The notes: a model not told the origin generated them from the letters alone. A DNA stretch of 64,000 nucleotides from Klebsormidium nitens (GCA_000708835.1 DF237331.1:1-64000); one strand, 5' to 3'. Positions 36,208-49,732 are shown, counted from the first letter of the stretch. Numbers and translations are program-made.

Positions 36208-36463
36208 TGTTAGAATTGGGTTAGCAATTCTGGTCAATCGAATAACCAAGTGGTTGAGGAATCAACGGTCAAAGATACGAGTGATGAACGGCTGAGATTT
36301 AGGCGGGAAACGTTGTTAACGTTGATCAGGAAAGCTGAACGGTCCAGATTGAGTATGCAGATAGAGTGTAAGACTCTATAAAGACAGAGCAGATCGAACA
36401 TGATTGTAATCAACATAACAGAGAAGCATGATAGAGAAGAGAAGGCGCCTGTGAAAGGCGCTC
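36208..36463 (+). repeat. 3' LTR of outer element, truncated by ~71 bp at its 3' end
   Basis: Preceded by PPT gagaggagg (36199-36207). Matches the 5' LTR apart from one substitution and a 6-bp aacgtt duplication; identity stops at ...aaaggcgctc. Confidence 0.9.
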
Positions 36464-36473
36464 AGTCTGCTTT

Positions 36474-39400
36474 TATGGGCACCTCACAACGAATTGAAAG
36501 TTGAGCAGGTGCCGCATGGGGAACGGGCAACGTCTAAGGAAACTCTGTTCAGTTGAGCATCCGCGTTCGAATTCCCCCGAAAGGCTCTGAAGGCGCCACT
36601 TTCAAGTGTGAAAGACGTTATTGAAGAGCGACTTCAAAACAATCCAATAGAAGAGCTTCAGTAGCTAGCCTCAATTTCTAGATCGACATATTCTACATGA
36701 TAGACCTTGCAGACAGGAAAGGCCGATCAGACGAGGACAGTCCGTAACGACCAGTGCTGGCTCAGGCGTCTCTATGACAACAAGTTTGGCAGCCCATGGC
36801 ACCACGAGGATCGCGTCCTCTTCGCACACTGCGGAGATTTTTATAATAAGAGACAGAAACGATCTTATAAGGCCTCCGTCTAGATTGTCGGTTACGAGTT
36901 ATTGCTTTCCACACCGTTTCACTACGGCTACGAGTGCGCCTCGACTTTGCGTTACGGCTGCGGAAGTCGACAGGACGCAGCTAGCTAGAGGCTGGCGAAA
37001 TCGAGCGTATCATTGTGCAAATTTCAAATTGTGACACAAACAGATACGAGCAGTTTCAAGCCAAGTAATTTTCTGGTTGAATGGATCTAGAATTTCATGT
37101 AGAGTGAGCTTCAAGTGGTCTGTGTGAATCAACCCGATGCGACATACAAAGCCCACACAGACGAGGTGACAGCTTTGAATCGTTTCAAGAGGTTGCAATA
37201 CAGAACCCTCTTGTAGTGCTGTTGTGCTTGTAGCGTAGCAGTCGTAAAAGTAAACCTTCCAGTCCTGGCCTTGCGCGGACTGCTGAAAGAAGAACAAAAG
37301 TAACGAAAGGAAACAACTTGGTTCCTCCAGAAAAGTACAAGTCTCTATTGACCTTCTGCGATCTTGCCTAGTAGCTCGATGAGGCAAGAGGTTTCTCCAC
37401 TCGGCAAACTACGCTCCCGAAGAAGTGGGCAAGTGCTGCTTGTCTTTGCAGAGACTTACTCAGTAAAAGACTTCGTAGCCGGGCAATCGTCTGACCGTCT
37501 GCAACCAGTATCAAGAGTCCAATTGCAAGAGTACCATCAAAAAGGTGAAAAAGAACCGTATGCGGGGCTTCAGTACAGCAGCCCAGACATTTACGGAAAC
37601 CTGTGGCGCCGAGTCAAGGAACACAAGCGCCAACTTCTCGACCAGCCCTTCATTGCCACTTGCCACGCTAGCACGACGCTCGGTACTGTTCTATTAGAGA
37701 TCGTTGTCACAATGCGAGTGCAGCAATAAGCGCGGCGAGAAACAAATCTTGGTTCACACCATCAGCTTTCATTGTCATAATTAGTGACCGCACACGAGAA
37801 GCGTTGCTAGATGCGGCGGCTTGGATACTTGACGAGCTGGACGAAGACCTCTGCCGAAGGTTTCCTTCGGCATGGAGTTCCGCCTTGCCACACGGCTTTC
37901 AACCCGCTTGAGCAAGAAATCATCTACAGCTTGAGAAGCCCCAGAAACGAATTGACGTGTTAAAACCTTATCTCTAAAGGTACCAAATCTATCAAGCTAG
38001 ACTCGGTGCAGAGTGGAAAGTGAATTAGACCGGACAGACCAGAAATCAAACTCAAACCGCCCCAAATATCCAGAATGCTACTGCAAAGGATGATCAACGA
38101 AAGCTTGCATGTTAGGACCAAAAAAGCGAACGGACAGAATAATGGCGAAAGCACTCAGAACACGGATAGCCGCAAGACGGACTCAACGACGGCCAAGGAA
38201 GTCGACGAATTTACTAACGCATCTGAGCAAGTGGGAGCTAGAGCTCGCGCGCTTCCTTGACACTGGATGCATAATCACGAAGAACAATTGGGCAGAAACA
38301 AATTCTCGAGGCCCAACGGGCCATGGCAAACTGGACATTTGGAACAAAAAATCTAGCAAAGATATCAGTTTTAGTCACTGGACTAACCTATGCGCAATAG
38401 CTTTCGCCGTTAGTGGCTTAGCAAAGGGAAACTTAGAATCTCATGATGGCCTATCGAAGCCGCGTCGTTCCCTTAAAGAAGAATTCTAAAGGAAAACCCA
38501 CACAGTCAAAAAGGTGGACAAGGGGCATGTCCAACGTTGACGCTCGAGGCATGTTTGCCCTTGCGGTGTGAAACGGCAAAGGGACACCAGACACTTCAAA
38601 AGCTCGTGGGCTCCTTGAAAAAGTACTTGATGCACCTTTAGATGATTAAAACGTTCAACTGCTGTATAACGTTCGGCCCTCTGTCACCACTGGCACTTTT
38701 CACAGACCAAAAATAACGTCGCATTTCATTGATCAGCCGCACCACTCAGAGTCGGAGGTGTGGCTAACAAAAGGGCGGCACATTATTTGGTAAATTTGGC
38801 ACAATGTTCTCGTGCTTTCTGATCAGAGGGTCGAAATGTCTGGTGGATTGTTCCCCACCAAAATTCAAAAGTTATAAGATTGTTGGACCCTCGAAGTGGC
38901 TCGAATGAGTTCTTGAGAAACGCATGGCGCTTCTATGTACCTGAAGCGTGGCGCCATCTGGATGTCATCCTTGTCAATCGTCGGATGGTTTACAAACCCG
39001 GGTCTCGACCCTTTTGTATGAAGCTTGGTCGGGCTGCTGCTTGGAAGGTATTGGTGCCGTGGGCAGGAACCCTTTCATACGTCGAAGCAGCGTACGTGAT
39101 GTGAATTCGAGCTTTTTTAATCGGTTGAAAGGCATAAACGTCGACGGATGTGGAGACACCGGGAAACTATTTCGAAAATGACTGAGAGGAAAGATTGGAA
39201 AGCGAAGCGCACGTAAAACACTTACCGTGGCTCAGATACAACGTAACTGAAGACTGGTGATGCGGGCCATGGCACCAGATTACATCATCCTGGCCTCGAA
39301 CTTCAAATGGTTTCGTAGAGTCCTTTCTTCGAACGAAGCCGGCCCCTTGGCCCCATATATAGGTATAAAGTTTTTAACCAATCCGTTGCAAGTCAACATG

Positions 39401-42400
39401 ACAGCAAGGGCCATAGTAAGCTCTTGCCCAAAAAAGGTCCGCAAATATCGTGTGATATCGAGCTTGCTTTAATCAGGGCTTTCTTTGCCCGGGGACCCAC
39501 TCGAAGATCTCTTTGACAACCAGGCAGGAAAGTGGGCGGACTCCCAAGATTGATACAAGCGATGCGGGAGACACTAACAAGTCTGTACTTGGACCTGTCA
39601 GACTGGGCCCTGAAACGAGCTGTCAGCCCAAATTCAAAGCATTGGAGATCTAAAGCGTTTCCGAGCTTGTTTGACGCGCCTTGATGAGGCGATATTGAGT
39701 ACTGCTACGGAGAACGAGAGGCAAGCCGTAACGTCACGCCCAAGGCAGAGTTTGACCAAGCAAGCCATATTGAAGGAAGATAGAGTACAGGCATAGGCAG
39801 TAGTCAAAAGCGCCCACATCAAGACAGAAGAACACGAAGCCGTGTAGGCGCCGCCCAGCACAAGTTGCTGAAGTTGCTGAACGCTTCTGATAGTGGTAGC
39901 TGTAGTATCCTGAATCAGCGATTCTGTTCTGAAGCAGAAAGTGCAGGACCGGTGCAGTCTTTCTGAGCAAGTGAGTCCGCGTCAAAGTAGCTACAGTGCA
40001 TGCATACGTAAGAACAAACCCGTGAATGATCACGATTACAAATTTTATGTTACATGTGAGGCGTCAGACACCCGAGCAATTAGCAGTGGCCTTTGGGGCC
40101 AGCGCCCTCGAATTGAGCAGCCTTCCTTGCCGCCTCTCTATAAGGAGATCCAAATTGGAGCTTATGGTAACCTGAAGGGCCGGGCGAATCCACACCAAGA
40201 AGGCGCCGGCCGAAAGCGGCGAGACCGAAATTCCCTCAAAGGCGTCCACCCGCAATCGAGTGGCCGTTCTCAAAGCAACTTCTCTAAAGTTCACCCTCAG
40301 TGCCGTGCCGTGTATGATGAAAGAACAACCTGAGATACTCTTTAACTTCGTAAGACGCGCTTGGTATATGCCGCTTATCGGTCGAGGTCCAAAGACAAGG
40401 TAGATTGGCGGTTTCGAATCCAACCAGGGCTCATACGATCTTTGCCGTTGCGTTTTCAAACGCATGGAACGCATGGCGATTTTACCGTAGAAAGGGAATC
40501 ATAACAAACATATGCTGCTTGTTTTATGGATTCTATTCTTATGAGCCGATCAGCGGCTTCGTGTAGCTTCCCAGGCACAAGCTCTGGTATGACCTCCTAA
40601 CCATATGTGTACCCGTAAACGCGGCTCAATACAGATCGGGCGATGATTATATGGTTCGTTCCAGCCCGAGCTAAACAAGTCGACGACTCAATATCAACTT
40701 CGAAATGATGCAACGAAGAACACGGCTCGAGACGAGCATCCCAACACCCGGTGCTCGAGTCTTAAAACGCCCTCTCAAAGTCAAGCAAGTGTTGTCGGAA
40801 CTTGGCAGAGAAATTCAATTGGAGAGGAGACAATCCGACTTGACTGGCTTAGGGGGTCTGTTGATCTCTCCCAGGCTCTGACGCGTCTACCTACAGCGGC
40901 GCCATCCGACTGTCATCTTTGCCAGTCCACTAGACGTTCAAACCTCAGGATATCATTCAAAAAAGTTGACGCTTATCCTGGATGCTGGTTGGAGGCTTGT
41001 CCTCTGAAACAAGCACAAAACACCAGCGCTTGCTTGTCTAGTTTACGAAGCGACTTGAGATGGGGTTGACGATAATCGTGTGTCGCAATCTCCTTATCAG
41101 GTTCAAAAGCAGGCGCGTTTTTCTGCCCTTCAACTTAAGTGATCTTGTCCTTTGGTCAGGCAGACCTCACCTGAATCCCGCCTAATGGATGGAGACGAGC
41201 CAAGTATTACAACAGATACCCCACGCACGGGCCGCCACCCCGGTCTGGTTGATGTGAAGACAAAACACCCTAACGAAGCCTTACACTTTAAGACGCTGCT
41301 TCGCAGGAAAGTGTCACTAGTACGCTTGTTTCCATGTCAAACGCGGAAGCTTTTACTTGGAATCGTTTCGAATATGCGAGAGCGACCAATTTAAGCAGGC
41401 CGGGGGCCGAACGGAGCGCTTCAAACGCAACAATGATGCGTTGCGTCGAGTCAAGAGCGACCGCGACAAGAAAGTGGATGGGAAAGGGCCCGGGCCATCT
41501 GCAAAACATCGAACGTCCCCACATGACAGTCGACCAGTCATGGCTCAGCTCACCAAAGGAAAATGGGGGACAAGCCGCCACTTCCGCGTCCCTCTTAGCC
41601 AAAAGTCCTCGAAAAGCGCCTCCTCATCATCTGCTTTCAAGATCGTGCACAAAACAAGACGATCGAAGCGCACTGACTTGGAGGGCCGAGGGCTCGCGGA
41701 CCTTACAGCAAGCCGCACACACGTGACTCTAGGCTGGAGACGAAGTGAAGGGTTGCTGTTTCCGGCCACCTTCTAGTAGTCTTAAGATGCTCAATTGACT
41801 GGATGGACTATAAATGCATTCGGATATTTGATATGCACCTCCCAAAAGCTTGGAAACGGGCAGGCAGGGTAGTTGCTCAGGAAAGTTTGCTAAATCAAAA
41901 TCGGGTCAGCTTCAAAACTGGGACTGGAGCACTTCTTAAGCGGTGATTTATTGGTCAAATTGCTGCACCTGAAAGAACCTCACCGAACGGACCCGGTCTC
42001 AGTCAGATGGAGATTCACATGTGGGGCAAGCAGTGGGCGGTCGAAGTATTTTTACGGTTCCACGCGAGTGAGGCTCATTCGCGTCACTCAGCCGCAAGGG
42101 TTGCACCAGGCCCGGAGGAATGACGTGGAGCAAAGAAGACAGAAGCCACTTGCTAAACGTTCAGATTCCAATCAAAGAGCGGACCTGGCGGATCCAGCAC
42201 CAAGAGGGAAAGGGTATGAAGGATACGGAGGCGACAGCTGGCTGAAATACTAAAGAGCGATCTAATCCCTTCTGACGCGTACTTAGCTACACAATAACTT
42301 GCGCCAGTCCTGGATGCTATCTTTGCCAATCTCCGTGAAGAAACAACTTAGAAACCCGAAATCCGACCAGCGCCACGGGGTGCTCAGCTGAATTCTGCTT

Positions 42401-45400
42401 TGGAGGTCTTCGTGTCAAGCATTACACGTTTAATGGCCGGTTGAGATTGAAGTGGCTCGAGTATCCTCCATCAAGTGCGGGGCCCGAAGAACAGACTAGA
42501 TCTTAGTATAAGAAGGAAAATATTTTGGAAACACCCGGAAGGATGAGATAGTTCAGTCCTAAGCGAAGCCTGCACCGCAGATTGTGGCTCAGACAGACCA
42601 AGCTCTGCACAACTTACGAGTCTGATGCGGCCCAATATGGCACCAGACTTGTAAGCTTCCTCCTAGCCAGCCTCCGAGTGTCACGAAAATTTTGATGAGT
42701 CACCTCTCAGACCTTCCAAAAAGCCTCACATTGAGTTCTTTCCAATGGAGCTGCAATCTTCAAAAATCGCGAGGCAGATTTTGCGGCTGATTCAAATCTG
42801 AGGGCGGAATTCGAGCCGGCTTTTGCGGCCTACTTCGGCCTAGATGCATTCGAGACCCATCTGAGATCACAAACATACAGTTGGGCGGACTCCGTAAGTT
42901 GGAGCAAGTACTGGAGACCCGTTCTGGTATTATCTGGAGCAAGTACTGGAGACCCGTTCTGGTATTAGGCCCTCAGATTGGATGAGCCGTCAGCCAGAAA
43001 GCACCGGTGCTTTCGGTCGTACAACGCGAGCTCCGTGGGTCATCTTAAGACCCACAACGATACGTGGCTCAGACGTCGATGTCAGAAGTACGGTGCGGCC
43101 GGTGGCCCCAGATAGAGCCATTCTGGCCTCAGAAATACAGTCAGACCGGTTCAAACCGAATTGCTTTTTCAAAGTTTCGAAAGAGCTTCAGATGATCTGT
43201 TTTGCCAATGGAGCAACAAGACTTAGTCGCAAACCCGGGGCTCACGTTGTTGCTGGAAAAGACTTGAGCGTGTGAAAATATGCGAGCCTGCTTTCGGCTT
43301 TCTTTATCTGGAATCCATTGTCGCAGGTACCTGCGCTGACTTTGTAAGTCAACAGATTGACGTTGATTGGACCCCTGACCGGACTGGGTGAGTTTGACGA
43401 GTTGTCGGTTGAAAAGCAGTACCGGTACTCTTCAGCGCTTCTTCGCGAGCTTGTTTGACGGCGAGTAACGGTGACCATTGAGCACAGCTGAAAAAAATAA
43501 CAACAAGGGCTATAGATTATATTCTGGACGGGGAAAGTCTGAAATTCAACAGATTTTGAAGGACGAGGGGCTTTTTTTGGGCCCAATCCCAGGGACAAGA
43601 GAGTACGACGAGCGGGCGCCGCCCGCCCCTGCAGTAGCTGAAGTTTCTGGAACCTTGCTGATTATTTTAAAGCGGGTTCGTTTTGCATGAATCACCTCAT
43701 CGGGAGCCGTGCAATCCAACTGAGCGGGCGGCTCGTCAAAGTGGCCGCACTCCGGTGAAGAAAAATCGGTCAAAACATTAGGAACTTCATGTTTCTGCGG
43801 TATGTATTACAATTGAGGCATCAGATATCGAGCACTTCGGCTTGCGTTGGCCTTCCGGGCCAGCATCGTCGATTCAAGCAGCCCTCCTTGCCATTTCAGC
43901 TGAGATGTTTTACGAGATGATTCTGCTGTATCATGAATCCGGAAGGGCACCTTCAATCCGTAAAGGCAGGGACTGGCGATTACCAAGTCCACAGTCTTCA
44001 CTCGCACAATCGAGAGACCCGTTCGATTCAGATTGAGCAGCACCTTCAATATGTGCCACTTTTATGGGGGGGAATTGTGGAGGTTTACAACTGCAGTACG
44101 GATGAGCCCGTAAGCTTACATCAATGGAGGTAGATGTTCTCTAGTGGGATTGAGCATCAATGAGAGAAGAGGCGAGGGATCTCGTGCGAGACATACGAGC
44201 ATCTTTATATGCAGCCCACACGCCTGAGTACAAAAGCACGTGAGGGGTTCTGCCCCCACTGCTTTTTATGCTTGTTGCCGCCGGCCGGGTTGAACGTAAG
44301 CAGTAATAAACACGATGAAGCGCGTTGCTTCTTCGACCAGAAGAAGGGAAGACCTGTGCCACTGCCCGGTCTTTGCTGCGCTGCATCGTCTAGCTTGAGG
44401 CACAAGTGCTGGCAGACTACGTTGCACATGTCCAAATGACCTCCAGAGTCTTTTTACCTTTTTGGGCACCTCAGTACACATGTGATTACAAGTAGGTGAA
44501 GAAGAACAATTAAGACATCCATCTTAACACGAGCATCCGCGTTCGACCCATAGACCTTGAAGACGCACCCTCAAATCGGACAGGCGTTGCCAAAGAGCGT
44601 TTTTAGAGAAACATCCAACAAAGGAGCTTCAGGAGCAGCACATTCTAAGTCGACTTCTTCTAAGTTGACAGTCGACTGTGTTGGAGATAAGTTGAAGTAC
44701 TTATCTCCAACACAGACGAGGACAATACGGAACAAGCAGTGCTGCTCAGGCGTCTCGGCGACAAACTTCAACAAATGATGCAGCCCATGGCACCAGTATT
44801 GCGTCCTCTTTGCCACACTGAGGAAAATTGCATAACAGAAACGGTCTCATGGCCGTCATGAGGCCCAGAACGCAGTTACGAGCGTGAATGCTTTCCATAC
44901 CGTTTCACTACAGCTGCGAGTGCGCCTCGACTTTGCATTACGGCTGCGGAAGTTGACAGGACGCAGCCAGCTAGAGGTTGGAAAAGCGGAGCGTATCATT
45001 TGTGCAAAGTCTAGATGTGACACACACAAAATCAAGCGAACTGAACAGCTAACTGATAGCAGGTTCCAGGTTGTGATCATCATGATGATGCCGAGGGAGT
45101 ACCCAAACGATCGAGTGGGCTCTGTGGATAAAACCGATCCGACAGACGTCCTAACCAACACCGACAAGGTGACAGCTTGAAAGCTGCTCAATAAGTCGCA
45201 GTTTGGATCTGTCTTGCTAAAATACGTTGTGCAGCTGATGGCGTAGCTATCGAAGAAAGTAAGGTGTTCCGTCCTCGCCTCACGCGGAATGCGAGAGAAA
45301 CAATTTTAGAAGGTAATAATCGGGTTCCACCATGTACGTTCAAGCCCCTAGGTGGGCTTCTGACCTCTTGCCCATTGACTCGATGAGGCAGCAGATTCTC

Positions 45401-47990
45401 CATGCGCTGGGCAAAGCCCGCTACCAGATTAAGTCGCTTATGTGGGCGGGTGCTGCTTGCCTTGGCAGAGACATACTCAGTATGAGACTTCGTAGCTGGC
45501 AATTTTCTGATCGGCTGCAACCAGTATCAACAGCTCCAATTGCAAGAGACCATGTAAAAATCTGAAATAGAACCGTATGCGTGGCTTCAGTACAGGAGCC
45601 GAGATGTTTACGGAAACGTGTGGCGCTGAGCCAAGAGTACAAGCGCCAACTTCTCGACCAGCCTTTCCTTGCCACTCACCACAGGTTAGCGCGACGCGCC
45701 GTACCTTTCTATCACCGATCGTATGGAATAAGAGTGCTGCAATAAGAGCTGTGACAAACGAATCTACTTCGATTTGATCACATCATCAACTTTCCAGTCA
45801 TCTTTAGTAAGTGCATACGGGAAGCGTTGCTAGATGCGGCTTGGATAGTTGACGAGGAAGGTCATCGCCGAAGGTTCCTTCAGCATTAAAATCCGCCTTG
45901 CCACACCGCTTTCAATATACCTACCTCAGCAAGCCGTTCCCTGACGTCTGAAAAGCCAGAAACTTACCAACATGGTGAACCCTTGATTATCTTGGAAGAA
46001 CTTCGATTTCTACCAGAGTGCGTATTATAAGGTGCCTCACACCGGACAGATCCGACATCAAACCGGTGCCAATGTTTTGAAGGCTATTGCGGAAGCTTAT
46101 CGACGGGGACTTGCATGTTTTGTCTAAAACCTTTTAGCGGTCAAGCAAACGGATAGATCAATAATGAAAGTAATCGAAACTCGATTAGGAGCTCAAGACT
46201 GACTCAAGGATGGCCAATGAACTCAACGAACTGCTACCTCATCTGAGCAAGTGGAAGCTAGAGTTCGCGTGCTTCCTTTACATCGAATGCAAACTCACCA
46301 AGGAGACTTGACAGAAAAATTCCTTGAGGCGTGACGGGTCATGGCCAATGTGGAATCTGAACCACAATCTTTTGCAGAGAAGTTTAATTCTAGCCACCAA
46401 GACAGTGCTGCTGCCGTGTGGAGCCGCAATTAGCAAGCAAAGGCGCAGAAATCATATGTGCTCTTAAGCCGCTTCGTATCGCTTTAGAAGACCTCTAAAG
46501 AAACCAAAATGGACAAATTTTAGGTGGACAAGGGGTATCTCCAACTTTGACCGCGAGGCATGTGTTCCCGTGTGAAAAGCTAGAGAGACACCAGACCTTT
46601 GAAACGCTTGTGGGCTCCATGAAAAAGTTTGGAAAGCTCTTTAAGAGTACCACCTGACAACGGACACTGTCAAATTGAACCACTGTATAACTTCGTCCTT
46701 CCATCACCACTCAACGCAAACAGAAATATATATTGCGCTTCTTCAGCCGCGCCACTTGTATCAGACCAGAGGTATTCTCTGACACGCACTTTACTCGATT
46801 GATTCAATAATTATGCTTTCCGAGCAGAAGGTGGTAATGTCCAGTGGATCATTCTCCACCAATCTCATTCGTTATAAAAACAGGAAAAATGATGGACATA
46901 ACAGCTGGCTCGAGGATCAACGCGCCGGTGCTTGTTCATGGCGCTTCTATGTACTTGAGCGTGGCGCCATCTGGATGTCATCCTGGCCAGTCGACGAACG
47001 TTTACAAGTTCCGGTTCTGACAAACAATTTCATACTGAGCTTAGGCTTTCGGCTGCTGGAAAGGTAGTCGTGCCAAGCATGCATGACACCTTACGTACAC
47101 GAAGTGCAAAGCGATCCGAGCGTTCCCAGTCGATTGCAAGTGCCCAAACGAAGGACTACAAGACACCGGCCAGAAAACCATCTCGGAGACGAAAGGGTGG
47201 AAAGATCCGTCCACTTGAAAGCAAAGCCCACTTACACCGCTTATCGTATAAACTCAGATCACAAGCTAAAGACTGGTGATGCGGGCCATGGCACCAGATT
47301 AGCGTCCTCCTGGCTTCAATCTTCAAACGTTTGTGTACAGTCCTCTCTTCTTCGTACGAAGCCTGCCACATATTCAGGTATGATTCCACCAAGCACTTGC
47401 AAAGTTCAGAAGATGGGCTAAATCGAGCTTGCAACAGACAAAGAAGCGCGCGTATGATGAGATCCAGAGCCTGCTTTAGGATTTAAATTGCCCGAGAATC
47501 ACTCAAAATCTTTACGACAACACAACCAGGCGGGAGCTCAATTGAAACCTTGATGACAACACATTCAGGCAAATGGGCGGACTCCGTAGACCCGGAGCAA
47601 GATATATCGGAGATTCACTAGCAGAATCGAACTTGGATTGTCAAACTCGGCTCTGGAGTCGCCGGGATTTCAATCCGAAACTAAAGCGTTGATACTAGCG
47701 GTGGCCTATGGGGCCAGCGCCCTTGAGTCGAGCAGCCTTCCTTGCCGCCTCCGTAGGAAACTCAACGTTACGCTCATGGTTTACGGAAGGGTGAATTCTC
47801 ATCTAGAAGGCCGGGAGTGGCGAGATCGAAGTCCCTCAACTAAAGCCGCAACCAAGTGGCCGTTCTATAAGCAACTTATTAATTGGACGTGTGTGATGAA
47901 TTTCACCCTCAGCACCGTGCAAGGTATGATGAACGAACAGAGGGAATTACTTTTGTAGCCTCTTAAGACGCGCATATGGCTCACGGATCG
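36474..47990 (+). repeat. Segmental direct duplication, ~8.0-kb offset (36474-~40370 vs ~44455-47990)
   Basis: gagtgcgcctcgactttgc 36932/44918; caagcgccaacttctcgaccagcc 37624/45640; catctgagcaagtgg 38220/46240; ggggccagcgccct 40095/47710 (offset falls to ~7.6 kb after an extra ~430 bp in copy 1). Confidence 0.85.
42900..42967. repeat. 35-bp tandem duplication
   Basis: tggagcaagtactggagacccgttctggtatta repeated with period 35. Confidence 0.9.
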
Positions 47991-49686
47991 AGGAGGGCGA
48001 GCGCCTTGTCTAGCCTTTCCATGCCCCATTATGCGCCTAGCAGAACTTACCACGGATTAATGGGTACTGGAGAGCAACTTCTGAAGACATAATAGTGGAA
48101 AAAGTCAGGCAGGTTTAGGAGCCTCCTCCAGAAGCACTGTGTTTGGGAGGCGCAGCTTAGATCAATTGAAGATGGTATGGAGCTTTCTGCCGGAGGCTTT
48201 TCTTGGCAGCACTCCAAGCTAAGATCAGCATTGCCACGCCTTTAGCCTAGTCTATAGCGACCCCAATCTTGAAAGCACCATGTCGACGTGGTAAAATAAA
48301 ACCTACCCTCCGAGTTCCTACCAGATTAACAGAGCGAATTTGAGATGCATGAGATCAATCTTACCCAACGTACACATAACCTACGCAGTGAACTTATACA
48401 CGTTTGCGGAAGCGGGCGACAAACCACCGAGCTGAGCCCGGCAGGGCCACGCCAAGAGACAAGAAGACTTTGTAACCTCTCAAATCGTAGAAACGAATGA
48501 AACTACACCGGAACGCATGCCGTGCAGCGCATTTCGAGCATGCGAGACACTCTCAGCGGCTCGAAGCCTCGTTTGATGACGGCCCAACAACTTCACTAAA
48601 CCAGCTTTCATTTTCAGCCCCGCTTTCAGACAGTTCCAAGAGCTTGCGTGGTTGGTGCAAAAACATGACGGATCCACGGAGCCAATAGTGATAAAGGCGA
48701 TACATAAGCCGCGGACAAGCTGTGAAAATTTCGAAACATAGAACGCAACCTGTACTGAAGTACTTACTTGTCTGCGCGACGTCAAATCCAATCACGCCGA
48801 ATTGAGACGTACATGCGAGTGAGACCTGGAGGTGTTGTAAGGGACGACGACGAGCGTAATCTTGATTGGTCGATAAACCAACTTTTCGTTAGACGCCACT
48901 GTGTCCGGTGGATCATCCACCCAAAAGTTCTTTTGTGCTGAATGGCACGAAGAGGACGGAAGTCTGTCGGGGCAGCATCTGGCTCGGGGAATCATCCTGA
49001 ATGTGACGTGATCAAGAACACCAGCGCCACAGTGATGTCATCCTTGCCATTCGATTGGATATGACGTAACCCAAAAGTCACGACAAAGTCATCGCAGGAT
49101 CGCCAGGAAGGAGAAGCCGACAAACAGGAAAAGCACAAACAAAAAAGCCGCGTGGCTCAGACGAACACTGAACGGTAACGTCTGCCGCCCATGGCACCTC
49201 GTTAGCGTCCTCTCGGCCGCAAAGTAGAGCCCAAAACTTGTCGGAACCTTCTTCCAGGGGTTCTAGTACGAGCCCCAAATCGTATCGGGAACGTTGTTGA
49301 GGCTGCAAATTGTTCGTAATTCGGCAGAGCATTTCTTTTCGAGGAAAAGCCGTCGAGCGAGTTATACGAGCTGGGTTCTTAATTCTGTTGTGCACCCTAA
49401 GGGCGCTGTCATCTATGCTGCAACGCCAACATCCTGAGCAAGATATGGAATTTTACACGCTTGGGAAGAGAAGCTGGGACCGAGCCAGAGAGACCCCACC
49501 TGAATGACAGACAGGTGAGATGAGAAACAAGATTCCCTTGTCTTATTTATCCTCGCAATCAAGGCGGCCCCCGTGATAACCAGGACGATGAGGGGTACAG
49601 AACAAAAGCTGGGCTTCGTCAAACTGGTATTGCTTCATGCAAATGCTGCGTCGCAGGAAGATGTCAACTCGACAGGCTTCCTCGAG

Positions 49687-49732
49687 AACCGTTTCATATC
49701 TGCCTCCGACAACCGTTTCATATCTGCCTCCG
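49687..49732. repeat. 24-bp-period tandem duplication
   Basis: aaccgtttcatatctgcctccg x2. Confidence 0.9.

Larger units (their letters stand above)
29029..36463 (+). mobile_element. Outer non-autonomous Ty1/copia-related LTR element (~2.5 kb without the nested insert), encoding gag + protease only
   Basis: Paired LTRs, PBS and PPT. The split ORF has a UBN2-like gag, two CCHC knuckles and the protease motif WIVDSGSTQH, but no integrase core, RT or RNase H. 5' flank ACTTT (29024-29028); 3' flank gcttt (36469-36473). Confidence 0.9.

Noticed and set aside
47156-47434. Antisense reading EARRTLIWCHG seen in several minus-strand ORFs (15708, 24447, 47156, 50972, 53302)
   Set aside because: It is the shadow of the + strand module; the conserved bases fit second codon positions of the + frame better.
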